A stretch of 64,000 bases of DNA from Nageia nagi (GCA_050084985.1 JBITNC010000001.1:134168001-134232000), one strand, 5' to 3'. Counted from the first letter of the stretch, positions 1 through 12,600 are shown. Notes: generated by a model not told the origin, from the sequence alone. Program-made: numbers and translations.

Positions 1-111
1 ATATAAAACATGGTGGTCCAATCATATCTCCTTAAACCTACCTTGCATCCATGTTAAGCTCATTACCACTCTTACCCAATTATGGTAGGTTTGAAAATGA
101 AAGACCAAGGA

Positions 112-211
112 NNNNNNNNNNNNNNNNNNNNNNNNNNNNNNNNNNNNNNNNNNNNNNNNNNNNNNNNNNNNNNNNNNNNNNNNNNNNNNNNNNNNNNNNN
201 NNNNNNNNNNN
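112..211. other. Assembly gap (100 N)
   Basis: Run of 100 N; sequence on either side need not be contiguous. Confidence 0.99.
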
Positions 212-3200
212 CTCATGCTCTTAAGAAGAATTTTAAGAAAGGTGGAAACAAGAAGAATTATGATCATAATAAGTCAAAGAAAACCAAATCTAATTTTGAT
301 AAAAATTATAATTTTTGTGGCATCTATGGCCATAAGGAAGTTGGTTGCTTCAAAAAAAAGAAAGATCAAAGTGAAAAAGAATCTAGAAAACCAAACAAAT
401 CTAATAATAAGAAAAAGAACAAGAATTATGCTTATGTTGCTATTTTTACTCTATGTCTTGCACTTTTTCAAATGATTAGATTGTTGATTCTAGATACACT
501 AATCACATGCATTTTTTAAAAGATAAATTTGAAATTTTTTATAAGTATTGAAAAGATGCAGTTGTGATAGGCGATAATTCATTCCTTGAAGTTCAAGGTA
601 TTGAAAGTGTATGGTTAAAAGGAAAGATTCTTAAGAATATGCTTTACGTACCAAAATTCACTATGAATCTCCTTTCCATAATTCAAATTGCAAGGAAAGG
701 TTAATCTTTTGAGTTTAACTCACACTCTTGGTGCATGAAAAAGGGTCTTGCCACTTTGATGAAAGGTCAAGTGAAAGATGACCTTTACATTATGGATCAT
801 TCTTTAAAAAGGATGTGTCTTACTATAAATGTTTTCTCTAAAGAAAATATTTGAGACCATAAATTAGGCACCTAAACCATAAGAACATTCAATTTATGAA
901 ATATCAAGAACTTATGGAAGGTTTACCTATAATTTCATCCATAATTGGTCTTTGTGAGAAGTGCATCCTAGAAAAAATGAATAATTTTTTTTTTTAAAAG
1001 ATAAGGCAACTAGAGACACTCAACCTCTTTAGCTTATGCATTCAAATTTGATGGGTCCATTTTTAACTAATTCACTTGGAGGAGAGTCTTATATCTTAAC
1101 CTTTATTGATGACTATAGCAAGATGCCATTTGGTTATCTTATAGAGCACAATGATCAAATATTTGATAAGTTCAAATATTTCAAAGCTTTAATAGAAAAT
1201 TAATTTAGATTTAAAATCAAGATTTTGAGATCTAATAATGGGATTGAATATAATAGCATTGAATTTAATGATTATTGTACCAAGTGTAGAATCAAAAGGT
1301 AGTTTATGATCCTTTACACTCCTTAACAAAATGGTGTAGCTGAAAGAAAAAATAAGACTATTCAAGAAATGGTAATATGTATGTTGGGAGATCTTTTTAG
1401 CTTTTTATGCAATGAAACTATAAATACTGTAATCTACATCTTAAATGAATATCCTATAAATGTAATTGAACATAAAACTTTGTATGAGGCATGGACAAAA
1501 AAGAAACCTAACATCTCTCACTTTAGGATCTTTGGTTGTGATGCTTATGCCTTTATTGTTCTTGAGAAAAGGAAGAAGTTGGATAAGAGATTCGAAAAGT
1601 GTATTTTTATGGGCTATAGAAATAAGCATAAAGGTTATAAGCTATATCAACCTTCCTCTAGAGCAATCTTTATATCTAGGTATGTAAAGTTTAATGAACT
1701 TCTTAAAGAATCTGCTTCTTATGAGAACCTTGATGAGGGTGATGATTCTTTTGTTGCACATAATTGAATGGATGTCAATGTGGATATGTCACCTAAGAAA
1801 CAAAAATCTCTAACATAAAGGATAATAAGAAGTACAACCCTTAAAATAAATCCTTATTTTTCAAAATTACTTGTAAGAATGAGCCCTCATCCTTCAAAGA
1901 AGCTTCAAAGCATGAGTGCTAGATGAATGCAATGAATGTGGAGTATGAGGCTCTAATGAAGAATCAAACTTAGGATTTGGTTTTTTATCCCAATGAATGA
2001 AATATGATTGGTAATAAATGGTTTTACAAGGTCAAATATAATTCACCTGAAAAAATTGAGAAATACGAAGCAAGGTTAGGAGCCAAGGGTTTTACTAAAA
2101 AATATAGAGTTGATTATGAAGATACCTTTGCTCTAGTGGAAAAGATGCCTACTTTTAGGGTAATCCTTTCTCTTTTAGGAGCTCAAGGATGATTTTTTTT
2201 TAACTTGATGTTAAGAGTGCTTTTATCAATGGTGAATTAGATGTGGAAATCTATATGAGCCAACCAAAAGAATTTTTTATGAAAGGTAAATAATATTTTA
2301 TTTGCAAGTTAAAAAAGTCTTTGTATGGATTTAAGTAAGCACCTTGGGCCTGGTACAAAAATATTTTATGATACTTTGAGTACATTAGGTTTTGTAAATG
2401 CTTTTTTGACACAGATCTTTATATGCTCAACCAAGGACAAGACTTGATCTTGATTCTTCTCTATGTGGATGATCTATTGATTATAGAGAATAATATAATC
2501 CTCATACAAGAGTGTATATTCAAATTCAAGGTAACTTTTGAAATAAAAGACCTTAGTTTATTGCACTACTACATTGGTATGTAAGTATATCAATACAAGG
2601 ATTGTACTTATCTTATTCAATCCAAGTATATCTTATATATCTTGCAAAAGTTTATAATGAAGGAATGCAAACCTATTGAAATCTTAGTTTTTCTTGAAAT
2701 CACTTTATCTCTTAGTACCAACTCTCAGTTGGAAGATGCTACAATTTATAGGCAATTATTTGATAGTCTTCTTTATTTGACTATGGTTAGATATTACCTT
2801 TTCCATGAATTTTATGGCTTCCTTTATACAAAAGCTGTATGTTGAGAACCTCAATGTAATTACATAATTGTTGAGGTATATTATGAAAACTAAGGATCTT
2901 ACTATCAAATATAACAAGTTACCCTCATTTGTTCTCTCAAGATTCTCATATTTTGACTATGGCAAAGATAGATGTGAACAAAATCAACCTCTTCTTATGT
3001 GTTTAGCATTGGATTAGATACTATCTCTTGGGCTTACAAGAAGTAACCAACCACTGCTCTCTCCACCATAAAGATTGAATATCGTGCAATGTCAATTGCA
3101 ACCTAGGAAGCCATTTGGTTGAGGCATATTTTGAAAGAAATTGGGCATAAGCAAGTTTTTTCATTTCAAATTTTTTTAGATAATCAATCAACTATTACTT

Positions 3201-3415
3201 TGGTAAAGAATCATGTTTTCCATTAGAGTATAAAGCATGTAGAAATCGAAGCCCACTTCATCAAAGAGAAGGTTCTAGATGGTATTTTACACTTGCAGTA
3301 TTATCCATCAATCCTAAACTCTAATGATTTATTCACTAAGCCGCTTCTTAAAGCCTAGTTCTCCAAGATTAGGGATTCTATTAGGTTGGTGAATTTTCCT
3401 CCAAAAAGAGAGTAA
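212..3415 (+). pseudogene. Degenerate copia gag-pol polyprotein (A)
   Basis: Zn-knuckle remnant FCGIYGHKEVGC (~313); protease D*IVDSRYTNHM (~473); pre-integrase HKLGHLNHK (~857); integrase HSNLMGPF, FIDDYS, PYTP*QNGVAERKN (1038-1353); RT IGNKWFYKVKY, LDVKSAF, LYVDDL (~2459); RNase H KHVEIEAHFIKEKV, DLFTKPL (~3233-3345). Many stops and frameshifts. Confidence 0.95.
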
Positions 3416-4430
3416 AGGTTGAATTCTTAGTGAATCCATTGTAACTTCTTCCTTCTCAATAAAGTTGTTGAGGACTTTGTTTTTTGTTTTTTATTTGTAT
3501 ACCTTGCTTATACATTACCTTTTTGGTGACTATAAGTAATGGCTTAATATCTTAGTGATGACTTATAGTGCACCACAAATCCAAGTACATTATATCAAGA
3601 TGAAATTTTTTAATAAAAAAATTATAGCTCTATTCATCTTACTTTGACTCTCTTGATTTATTCGTTAGACTGCTTTAGAAAATTTGATGTGCACATTTTG
3701 AAAGTTTCTTATGGTTAGTGAAGTTGTCCTCAAAGGGGAGTGAAGTTTGAATTTCTATATTGGATTCATATTTGCGATGATAACTTCATCCTTAAGAGGA
3801 TATTTTTTTTATAGTGTTGATTTTAAATGTACACCTTCATGGTTAGTTCGATCTATGTGAGGAACTCATAGGACATTTTGGTTTCTATTATCACTATGTG
3901 AGGAATTAGTACGTATTTGTTGGCATTATTTGGTTATCCATATGTGAGTGATTCATATATGCATATGCTCCTTTTTTATTATTGATCAACACATATTTCT
4001 AAGATATAGCAAATGATTATGAGTAATGGCTTGGCATTTTCGTGATGACTTATAGTGCATCATTGATTATTTTATGGATGGCATTACTTAGTTTAGTTTA
4101 TTTATATTTTGAATGATATGAATATTTATATGATGCATCTAACTAATCTTGTTTATGAGTTGCTTATAGCTTACAAGTTACTTACTTCAGGTGGGCAGGC
4201 TCACATATCAACTTAGTAATTGATTGACTATACTTTTAGTGAAATCAATTTTGATTAATGATTGCATTGTAAACTATTTTATCAAATGGTATTGTAGTAA
4301 GTATAAAATTAAGATCTTACTTATTTCTCAAATATATAAATGTTCTCATCTCCACTTATATCTCTATGAAAAAAAAACTCTCTTACTCTTTCTTTCTTCT
4401 TTTCTCTACACTCTGTATCAATATTACATT

Positions 4431-4439
4431 AAGAGGGAG
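4431..4439 (+). promoter_or_regulatory. Polypurine tract of A
   Basis: AAGAGGGAG immediately before TGTTAG; equivalent to AAGGGGGAG at 35137-35145. Confidence 0.85.
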
Positions 4440-4873
4440 TGTTAGAATTTGTAATGTAATATTATGTAATATTTCTCTTTAATGTAAATTCACTTAATGC
4501 TAAAAGTATCTTTAGATACCTTAAAGCATTAAGGGAATAAAAATAAGAAAGTGATTAAATATATAAATATCGTTAACCTTACCCTTAGATTAAAGGGAGG
4601 TTAAATATTGGGTTTCTTCTTATAAATAGAGAGGTACCCCCCTCTCATATTGTACAACTTAGAAGCAAGCTTTGCTATATGTATAGGTTTTGAAGAGAGG
4701 AGAGATTCTGTAAGAGAGGTCCTTGATAATAAGAAGATATTAGGTAGTGGATGTACTCCTAAGGATGGAGGAATCACTTTATATCTTATGTTCATTGTGA
4801 GATTGGTTTATGTTATTATGTTATTGTGTTGATGTTGTGAGTGTCTTTTTGAGATCTTGGTAGATTAGAAGTT
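4440..4873 (+). repeat. 3' LTR of A, right end missing
   Basis: Starts TGTTAGAATTTGTAATG; TATAAATA at 4621; shared motifs GTGGATGTACTC and GAGATCTTGGTAG as in solo LTR 33696-34197, but lacks the terminal ...CCTTCA and runs into gypsy pol. Confidence 0.8.
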
Positions 4874-4889
4874 AATTAAAAAAGGGTTA

Positions 4890-7800
4890 ATTTTAAAAAA
4901 ATATACCCCCACCATTCTACATCTTCTTGAGCTTGAAGGATATATTATGTAGAATTGTTTAATAGATTTAAAATTTTCAATGACTATAATGCCTAAGAGA
5001 GTATCATAAACTATTATTTTGATTCATACAAGACATTCTATAGGAGTGTTGTGGTTAGATGGGATAAATGTTAAAACTATTAGAGTAGTCAAAGATGTAC
5101 CAATGAGGTTACATAAGTATATTGGGATTTCCATTTTACAAGATATAATACTGGTTTATTTACCATCCTTATTTTATATTTATTTGTTAATAGAATCCAA
5201 AACCAATTTGGGTAGATATTTATCCATGGATTACTCTCATATAATGGTACTGTTTAAAGATAAGAGAGTCAAAATCTTGAATGAGGTGAGCACTTCTTTT
5301 TGCACAAAAAAAATTACCTCAATTCAATATTATATATGATGATGTTGAGATGATTGAGGGTCTGAAAGAAGTCTTGGAAATAAAGGATGAATTCTCCATC
5401 AATCAATTGAATCAAATAGAGGATATGGGTATGAGCACCTATTACATTTTGTATCTCGATACCATCATTCTAGCTTTGACCAAATATGATTTAAGAAAGT
5501 TTAAAGTATGGTAATTATTCTTTGATGACATCAAATCTAAGAATGGGGAAAGACTCTGAGTTATCTTGAGGTCCCCTTCAGAAGGAACCAAGATTTTCTC
5601 TTTTAGATTAACATGAAGCTGAACTAATACTATTGTGGAGTATAAAGTATTGTACTTAGGATTAGACCAAGGTATAAAGATGAAGATAAAGTGTCTTAGC
5701 ATATTCAACAACTCTGAGTTAGTGATAAATCAAGTAACAAATAAATGTTCAGCTAGGCACAATTATCTAAGATAATATAAAAATAAAATTTGGGACTTGT
5801 TAAAGAGATGTTTTATCTTAAATGTTATGTTAATACTAAGAAAATAAAATGATGAGGCAACTACTCTTAGAAAAAGAGGATCTAGGTTTGATGGTATTGA
5901 TCACTGGTTTAAAATAGAGGATATACAAACGACTTTTAGACCTTCAATATTAGATAATGATACTTTCTAGAAAGTATTCAAGGATGATGAGATTTTGGCC
6001 CAACAACCATTGTGCTGATTGGATTATCCAAATTCATTATCTAAATCTTTCAAAAAGGAAGATGTATTGTAACTCAAAAATAATATTATCCCAAAAGATG
6101 TAATTCCTTTCAAAAGACTCTTTGACAAAGATGACTAGTCAAAGCCAAATAAAGATATGGATAGTAAAAGGAGTTATTAAGAAATAGAGGTTTCTCTTGA
6201 AAAGTTATTGAAGGTAAGATCCCAAAACAAAGATGAAGATATTGATAATATCATTAAAACAACTAAAGAATTTGTTTGTATCATAGCATGGTCTTACCCA
6301 ACACACCATTGAGCCAGTTGAAGTGTCAAGGCCTTTCTGATAAAAGAAGATATTGAAGAAAAATATAATTTATTTGATTAAACATTCCACCTAGCTTTCT
6401 AAATTAGTACCAAAATGAAAGAACAATGGAGATATAAGACTTTATGTGAATTTTAGAAAGAACATATCTTGCCTACTATTGATGAAACAAAATATTTCTC
6501 ATTAATTGATAGCTTTTCAAGATACAATCATGTATGGGTGAAGGATGAGGATTAGTATAAAACCATATTTACAATAAACTAAGGGATATTTTCTTTCCAA
6601 CGAATGCCTTTTAGATGTCAATCAAATATCATGGGAAAATTTCAAAGAGCTATGGATCATGCTTTTAGGGATTTGGTAAATAAAATAGTTTGTATTTACC
6701 TATATGATATTATAGTGTTCTCACATTAGAATAAGTGTCATTTACAACATCTCCTATAGACTTTTATAAAATTTCAAGAGTTCAAAATTTATCTGAACCT
6801 AAAGAAATCAATCTTTATAGTAGGTGAAGGTAACCTATTGGGATATGTTATCTCAAAGGGAGGTTGGTTGATTGATTTGAAAAAGGTTAATGCAATATCA
6901 AAATTAATCATTCCTTGCAACAATAGGCTCTTCATTTACTCCTAGTCCACAAAATTAACTTTGTGAGAAGTTTTATTCAAGACTTTTTTGAAATAGTGTG
7001 ATCAATCACTGAGATGTTAAAAAATGAAGTTTCATTTATTTGGAAATGAGAGAGAAGACTTTTATTTGAATAAACTATGTTGGATATTATCAACATACCA
7101 GTTCTAAAGAACCCTTATTTCAACAAAGATTTTATATTATATACATATAGAGCTAATAAAACCAAAGTGATAGTACTGACACAAAATGAGGATAAAAATG
7201 ATGAGCATCCAATTTCTTTCTTTAGTTATACATTGCATTATGTTGATTAAATTTATGGTTTTATTTAGAAATAAGTATTTTTAATAATGAGAGAATTAAA
7301 CAAATCTAAACAGTATATCTCCTAGAGATGAATATTGGTTCTTACTAGTCATTTTGGTGTGAGAAATTATACTCTACAAGGAGAGATTGGTGAAGGAAGA
7401 GCTAGATTAATTTATAAGATTTTAAAGTATGATATAGAGATTCAACTTATAAAAGTGATGAAAGGAATATCTCTCTATTAGAAACTTGTGGTAGACATTT
7501 ATCAAACCAAGTATTCTTGCAAGAAGAGATCAATCAAGAAGAGAAATTGCTAAGTAATCAACAAGATTGGATTGTACAACTCTCCAAATATGTAAAGTTT
7601 GGTAAACCTCTAAATCATTTGAATGCCTCACAAAGAAGAAGATTTAAGCAAAATGCATTTAATTATGCCTTGGTGGAGAATGGGTTATTTAGGAAAAATC
7701 ATGATGGAGTATTACTAAAATGTATACATCCAGTTGAAGTTAATAAGGTTATAAAAGAGTTTCATTATAGCCTTGTAGGAGGATATTTTTCTGGCCACAC

Positions 7801-8397
7801 TACAACCATGAAGATTTTTCCAGTCAAGTATTATTGACCCTTAATATATATAGACTCTTTTATAATAGAAATAATTATAAAAAATTTCATAAATTCATTA
7901 AGAGGATGGAATGGTGCTAATATCGCTACAACCAACCATGGTAGAAGAACCCTTGCAATAGTGGGGAATTGATTTAATTGGTATGATAAATCCTAATTCT
8001 TCATCTTGATACAAGTTTATCCTAACCACTATTGACTATTTCATCAGATGGACTAAATTCATGGCAACCAAGAATGTAGATCAAGATACTATTATTACTT
8101 TCATGGAGTGAATAATAACCCATTTTGACATGCCATAGATAATTATATTTGATAATGGTCCCACATTCCTAGGAACAAAGCTTACAAAGTTTTTACTAAA
8201 GTATGACATTCATTGGAAACCTTCTTTGAATTATTATCCAAAGGGAAATGGATTAGATAAATATACTAATAAGAATCTATTGAGGATTATAAAAGAAGAT
8301 TTAATGAGTGAAAAAGGATTGGTATAAGAAGCTTGATATTTCTCTATGGGAAAATCAAATTACTTTCAAGTTATTAATTAAATCTTCCTTGAATACA
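4890..8397 (+). pseudogene. Degenerate Ty3/gypsy (Tat lineage) pol fragment: PR-aRH-RT-RH-INT
   Basis: Protease region PPPFYI...NCLID..SMTIMPK (~4905-5000); RT WVKDED*YKT, RMPF, FQRAMDHAF..VCIYLYDIIVFS (YLDD equivalent at 6697); RH FILYT..EHPISFFS (~7130-7230); integrase EFHYSLVGGYFSGHTT, WGIDLIG, IDYFIRW, DNGPTF, YYPKGNG (7757-8255). Confidence 0.92.
5509..5883 (+). pseudogene. Additional (archaeal/plant-type) RNase H domain, aRH
   Basis: One frame reads W*LFFDDIKSKNG..VILRSPSEG..FSFRL..TNTIVEYKVLYLGL..IFNNSELVINQV..RK*NDEA, matching the RNase HI-like FDG / TNNxAEYEAL / GDSELV / PRxxNxxAD motifs. Confidence 0.9.
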
Positions 8398-9044
8398 TTG
8401 ATAAATACTTATCACCTTACCTAGATGTCAAAGAAATATGCATATAGGAACTTTTCATGGATATATGATCTTGATATGCGAACCCTATACCAATAGTAGA
8501 CATGAATAACGATGTAGATGTGAACAGGAGCATGGATGCTAAGCTCACAAATGGTATTATGGACACAAGAGGGAGTGCGAACACTAAGCCTATGACTAGT
8601 AGAGTCCAGAACCAAGACCTAAATAGTAGTATGATAAATAACAAGCCTAGTATAGCATATAATAATAAAATGAAGAATGATAGAGCTATGTGATAATCAA
8701 ATCTCTATCCTAATAAGCGATGTTGAAGAACATCTTGAAAGATAATAAGCATGGGAATATGAGGAAGAGATCTGATGATGAATCCATATAAGGTCTTACC
8801 CCTCTTATAGGCAAGTGTACTCCTCCATAGGACATCTGGAGGCTAGCATCGATGTTGGGATACCTAAAAGAATAGAAAGACACCACATGAGTAATATTCC
8901 ATAATGGGCCAATATAACATATAATCATATAATGATATAATAAAACACTTAATAATATAATATAAAATAATATTATTATAATACGTGTTATAATATAACA
9001 CCTAAGAAGGGCCACATTAAGGGGATCAAATTTAAGTGTCAATA
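8398..9044 (-). repeat. Partial 3' LTR of T
   Basis: Collinear with 37688-38318 (TTGATAAATA.TTATCACCTTAC...AAATTTA.GT.T.AA.A); preceded on the minus strand by purine-rich AAAGGAGGGCATC (9045-9057). Confidence 0.85.
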
Positions 9045-9158
9045 GATGCCCTCCTTTGCAAGTATAATAAGAATGAAGCTTTGAAATGAAATTATGTTTG
9101 CAAAGAACATAAATAGCAAAGAGAAAAAAATTGATACTTCCCTAGTTTAGTTATAGAA

Positions 9159-9619
9159 TGCTAGAATTCCTAATGCATTATTGTTTGGTATCTAAAATGT
9201 GTCTCACTTACTTAATTCATCTAAATACTAAAAGTATTTAACAATACCTTTTTAGTATTTAGGAATTAAATAAATGTAACTTAATCATTCTTACCTCATG
9301 TAAACCTTAGATTAAATGGTGAGTTAAGGTGGGATTCTCTCCTATAAATAGAGGGATTAACCTTGTTGTAAACACACTTGAATAGAGTAAAGTTATGCTT
9401 ATGCTTTATCCGTTGATAAGATGAGAGAGAGGTTGTAAGAATTATATTTGAGAAGTAAAAGGTCTTGAGTTGAAGTGGAGTACCTCTCATCTTTGATAGG
9501 AACCACTGTACATGATTGTCTCACTTATGTGTGATTGAGTGATTATCTCTTGAGTTGTTGCTTAGAAGTAGAAGAATAGTCCAAGGTGATCTTGGGTATA
9601 GGAGGATTCATCTCTTTCA
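9159..9619 (+). repeat. 5' LTR of B
   Basis: TG...CA; TATAAATA at ~9343; collinear with 35146-35601. Confidence 0.93.
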
Positions 9620-9621
9620 AT

Positions 9622-9633
9622 TGGTACCGTAGT
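9622..9633 (+). promoter_or_regulatory. Degenerate primer-binding site (tRNA-iMet type)
   Basis: TGGTACCGTAGT 2 nt after LTR end; compare TGGTATCAAAGCC after the LTR of D. Confidence 0.7.
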
Positions 9634-12600
9634 CTACTTGGAGGCTCTTTCTACTTGTTCAAATTTTTAAGGTAAAATCATATTGAGGTATAATTTTCTC
9701 ACTCTCATTTATTTTGTTTAGCTCTTTTAAGCTCTTTTTTATTCGTACACATAATCTTATATTTGGTTTAAATTAGTTTTTTGGTGTAAGAATTGCTTAA
9801 GAGTAAGAACAATTTTTGTTGGTATGACAATATATTATTCTTATACATTTTATTTTACACACTAACTTTTTATGTTAGTTGCAATTTCTTTAGACAACTT
9901 ACTTAACATATTCTTAACAAAAAAGGGTTTGTAAATCTTGCAATTTCTTTTTAAAACAAGAAAGAATTTTTTTTAATAAAAAAGTCTACATTTTTGTGTT
10001 GTGTTTGTACAATTGTTTGTTATATTTTAAAAAAAGAAGTTTAATTACAATGCAAAAAAAAAAAATTGTGAATATAAATATAAATGTTATCAAGTTAAAT
10101 TTTTTTTTTCCAATACTGTAATGTAAATATAAAACTTACTAAAAACTTTGTAATTAAAAATATATTACATTTAATATTTTTTTTACGAGTCAAAGGTTGA
10201 AAATCAAAAAATTCTATTCATATTGAGGGTGGCTTCACCAGGCGGACGTCCAACACCCGCCGCCACCACCATGGGCGGCTCCAACGGGCGGATGCCATCA
10301 TCGTGGATGGATCCATCTGGCGGACGCCTTGCAACCCCACCACCATCGCCCCTTTTCATCCCTACTTCACAGCAAGCCATGCTACTTCCATCATGCCCAC
10401 CAGGCCACGTTCGGCCTCTCCACGTCGCGCCTCAACATGTCATTGGAGAAAGAAAGGTGAGTTCTCACTATGCCACCACCGTAGCCATCTCCTCCACCAC
10501 CACCTCCGCTGACATCTCCACCTTCACCTTTGTGCATTGCTGTTCAGCTAACTCTGCTCAGTCGGCGGTGCCTCTTCCCCTATGCACGGTTCCTTTGCTC
10601 ACCGATGTCACGCCAAGGAGGAAATATTTCTTATCAGATTCTATTATTAACATATTCACAACTTTTTGATAATTATATTAATGCAACTCATCCTTTTGTA
10701 CCTGGAATAACAAACTACGCAAGCCCCCCAACGGAGCCAATAGAAATCCTATCTGGATGCAAAAGATAAGAGGTAAGAAAAAATAGAAAATGTGATCCTT
10801 TTCCCCCCATGTCGCCCACACTTGGTGTGCACCATGTGTGGTTCATTTCCTACCTACTCATGGTGTGTTTTCGCTAGCCCTGGCCTCTTAGCCCCCTTGC
10901 CCCTCCTCTTTGCATTTGTCCCCTCTCCTCTTTCGTTAAATAGACCACAAACTTTTTTAATTAATTGACTCTTTTGCAAATAATAAAGAGACATACACAA
11001 GTTGTACAAATAGTATTTTTGAGCTTTAAAAGTTTTGTAAATTACTTAATTTGAATTTAAAACTCTTATTTATGGTTATAAGTGTAGTTGGTGTAAATAT
11101 TTAATGATTATTTTTATATGGTTATTTTTAAAGAGAAGTTATATTTTTCTTAATAAAGAAAGAATTTTTTAGGAAAAGAATGTTATTATAAGATTTTTTT
11201 TTTCTTCTTCTCCTATTATAAAGTAAGGATTCTTTTTTAAATCCCTTAATAATAGGAGGATGTTACTTCTTTAAGTAAAGTAATTTTTTACCTTTTTCTC
11301 TAAAAATGTGGGGGGGAGACAATGAAGTGTTTTTTTTTAAAAAAAAGAGAAGTGGATATTAGTCTTTGTTGCCTTAAAGATATTATTACTTAAAGAATTT
11401 ATGATGGAATTTTTTTTCCTCTCTTATCTTATCCTAACCTTGTTCTTGAAAATGTAAATAGGAGTGTTTGTGATGTCTTCTAAGCATAGGAAAGTAAGAT
11501 GTCTTATTGCGAGAATGAAGACTATTGACAAGAAGATGGAAAAGCTTTGGAAGAAAATAAGGAAGATAAAATGTAAAAATGGTCAATCTTTGCAAGACAA
11601 AGGAATGAAATCATAGCCCACATGCTTCACTTTCAAACTTGTTATATAGTGGACTACAATATTTTTATGATTGAGAAAATGGCTCTTCCTCTTGAATTGA
11701 GTCTTCTCTAAGAAATTTGTGTTAAATTAACCTTGTTTTATGATAATTCGCTAAGACGTATGTTGATATTGAGCATATTGTAAAGCTCCTAGAGCCTTGT
11801 TATGTAACTAGCCCAAAACTAAAGAAACTACTAACCCCTTATTATGTGTGGTTTTATTATGTGTGGTTTTCCTTCTTGTTTGTGATTAAACAATCAACAA
11901 ATGCTCAAATTAAGTTAAGTTAATGGTAAAATATGCACTAACTTCAACACTAACTTCAAATGCTACTTCATCCCTACTTCACAGCAAGCCATGCTACTTC
12001 CATCATGCCCACCAGGCCACGTTCAACCTCTCCACATTGCACCTCAACATGTCATTGGAGAAAGAAAGGTGAGTTCTCACTATGCCACCACCATAGCCAT
12101 ATCCCTACACCACCACCTCCACTGACATCTCCACCTTCACCTTTGTGCATTGCTGTTCAGCTAACTCTGCTCAGTCGGCGGTGCCTCTTCCCCTGTGCAC
12201 GGTTCCTTTGCTCACCGATGTCATGCCAAGGAGGAAATATTTCTTATCAAATTCTATTATTAACATATTCACAAATTTTTGATAATTATATTAATGCAAC
12301 TCATCCTTTTGTACCTGGAATAACAAACTACGCAAGCCCCCCAGCGGAGCCAATATAAATCCTATCTGGATGCGAAAGATAAGAGGTAAGAAAAAATAGA
12401 AAATGTGATCCTTTGCCCCCCATGTCGCCCACACTTGGTGTGCACCATCTGTGGTTCATTTCCTACCTACTCATGGTGTGTTGTCGCTAGCCCTGGCCTC
12501 TTAGCCCCCTTGCCCCTCCTCTTTGCATTCGCCCCCTCTCCTCTTTCGTAAAATAGACCATAAACTTTTTTAATTAATTGACTCTTTTGCAAATAATAAA

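Larger units (their letters stand above)
212..4873 (+). mobile_element. Ty1/copia LTR retrotransposon remnant A (5' part lost at gap, 3' LTR truncated)
   Basis: Domain order gag-PR-INT-RT-RH, then 3' UTR, PPT and an LTR starting TGTTAG at 4440; collinear with element B. Confidence 0.93.

Noticed and set aside
82-519. 145-aa ORF spanning the window start
   Set aside because: Reads through 100 N; only the part after 212 is supported, as gag remnant.
8417-9042. ORFs at 8417-9042 and 37810-38004 as a conserved gene
   Set aside because: They lie within the two LTR copies of T; similarity reflects LTR homology and ORF bounds differ.
11960-12358. Repeated Pro/His/Cys-rich ORFs (MLLHPYFTASH...) in each array unit
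   Set aside because: The ATG is created by the unit junction, length and frame vary between units, and no homologue is seen in C or D; best explained by GC-rich sequence lacking stops.
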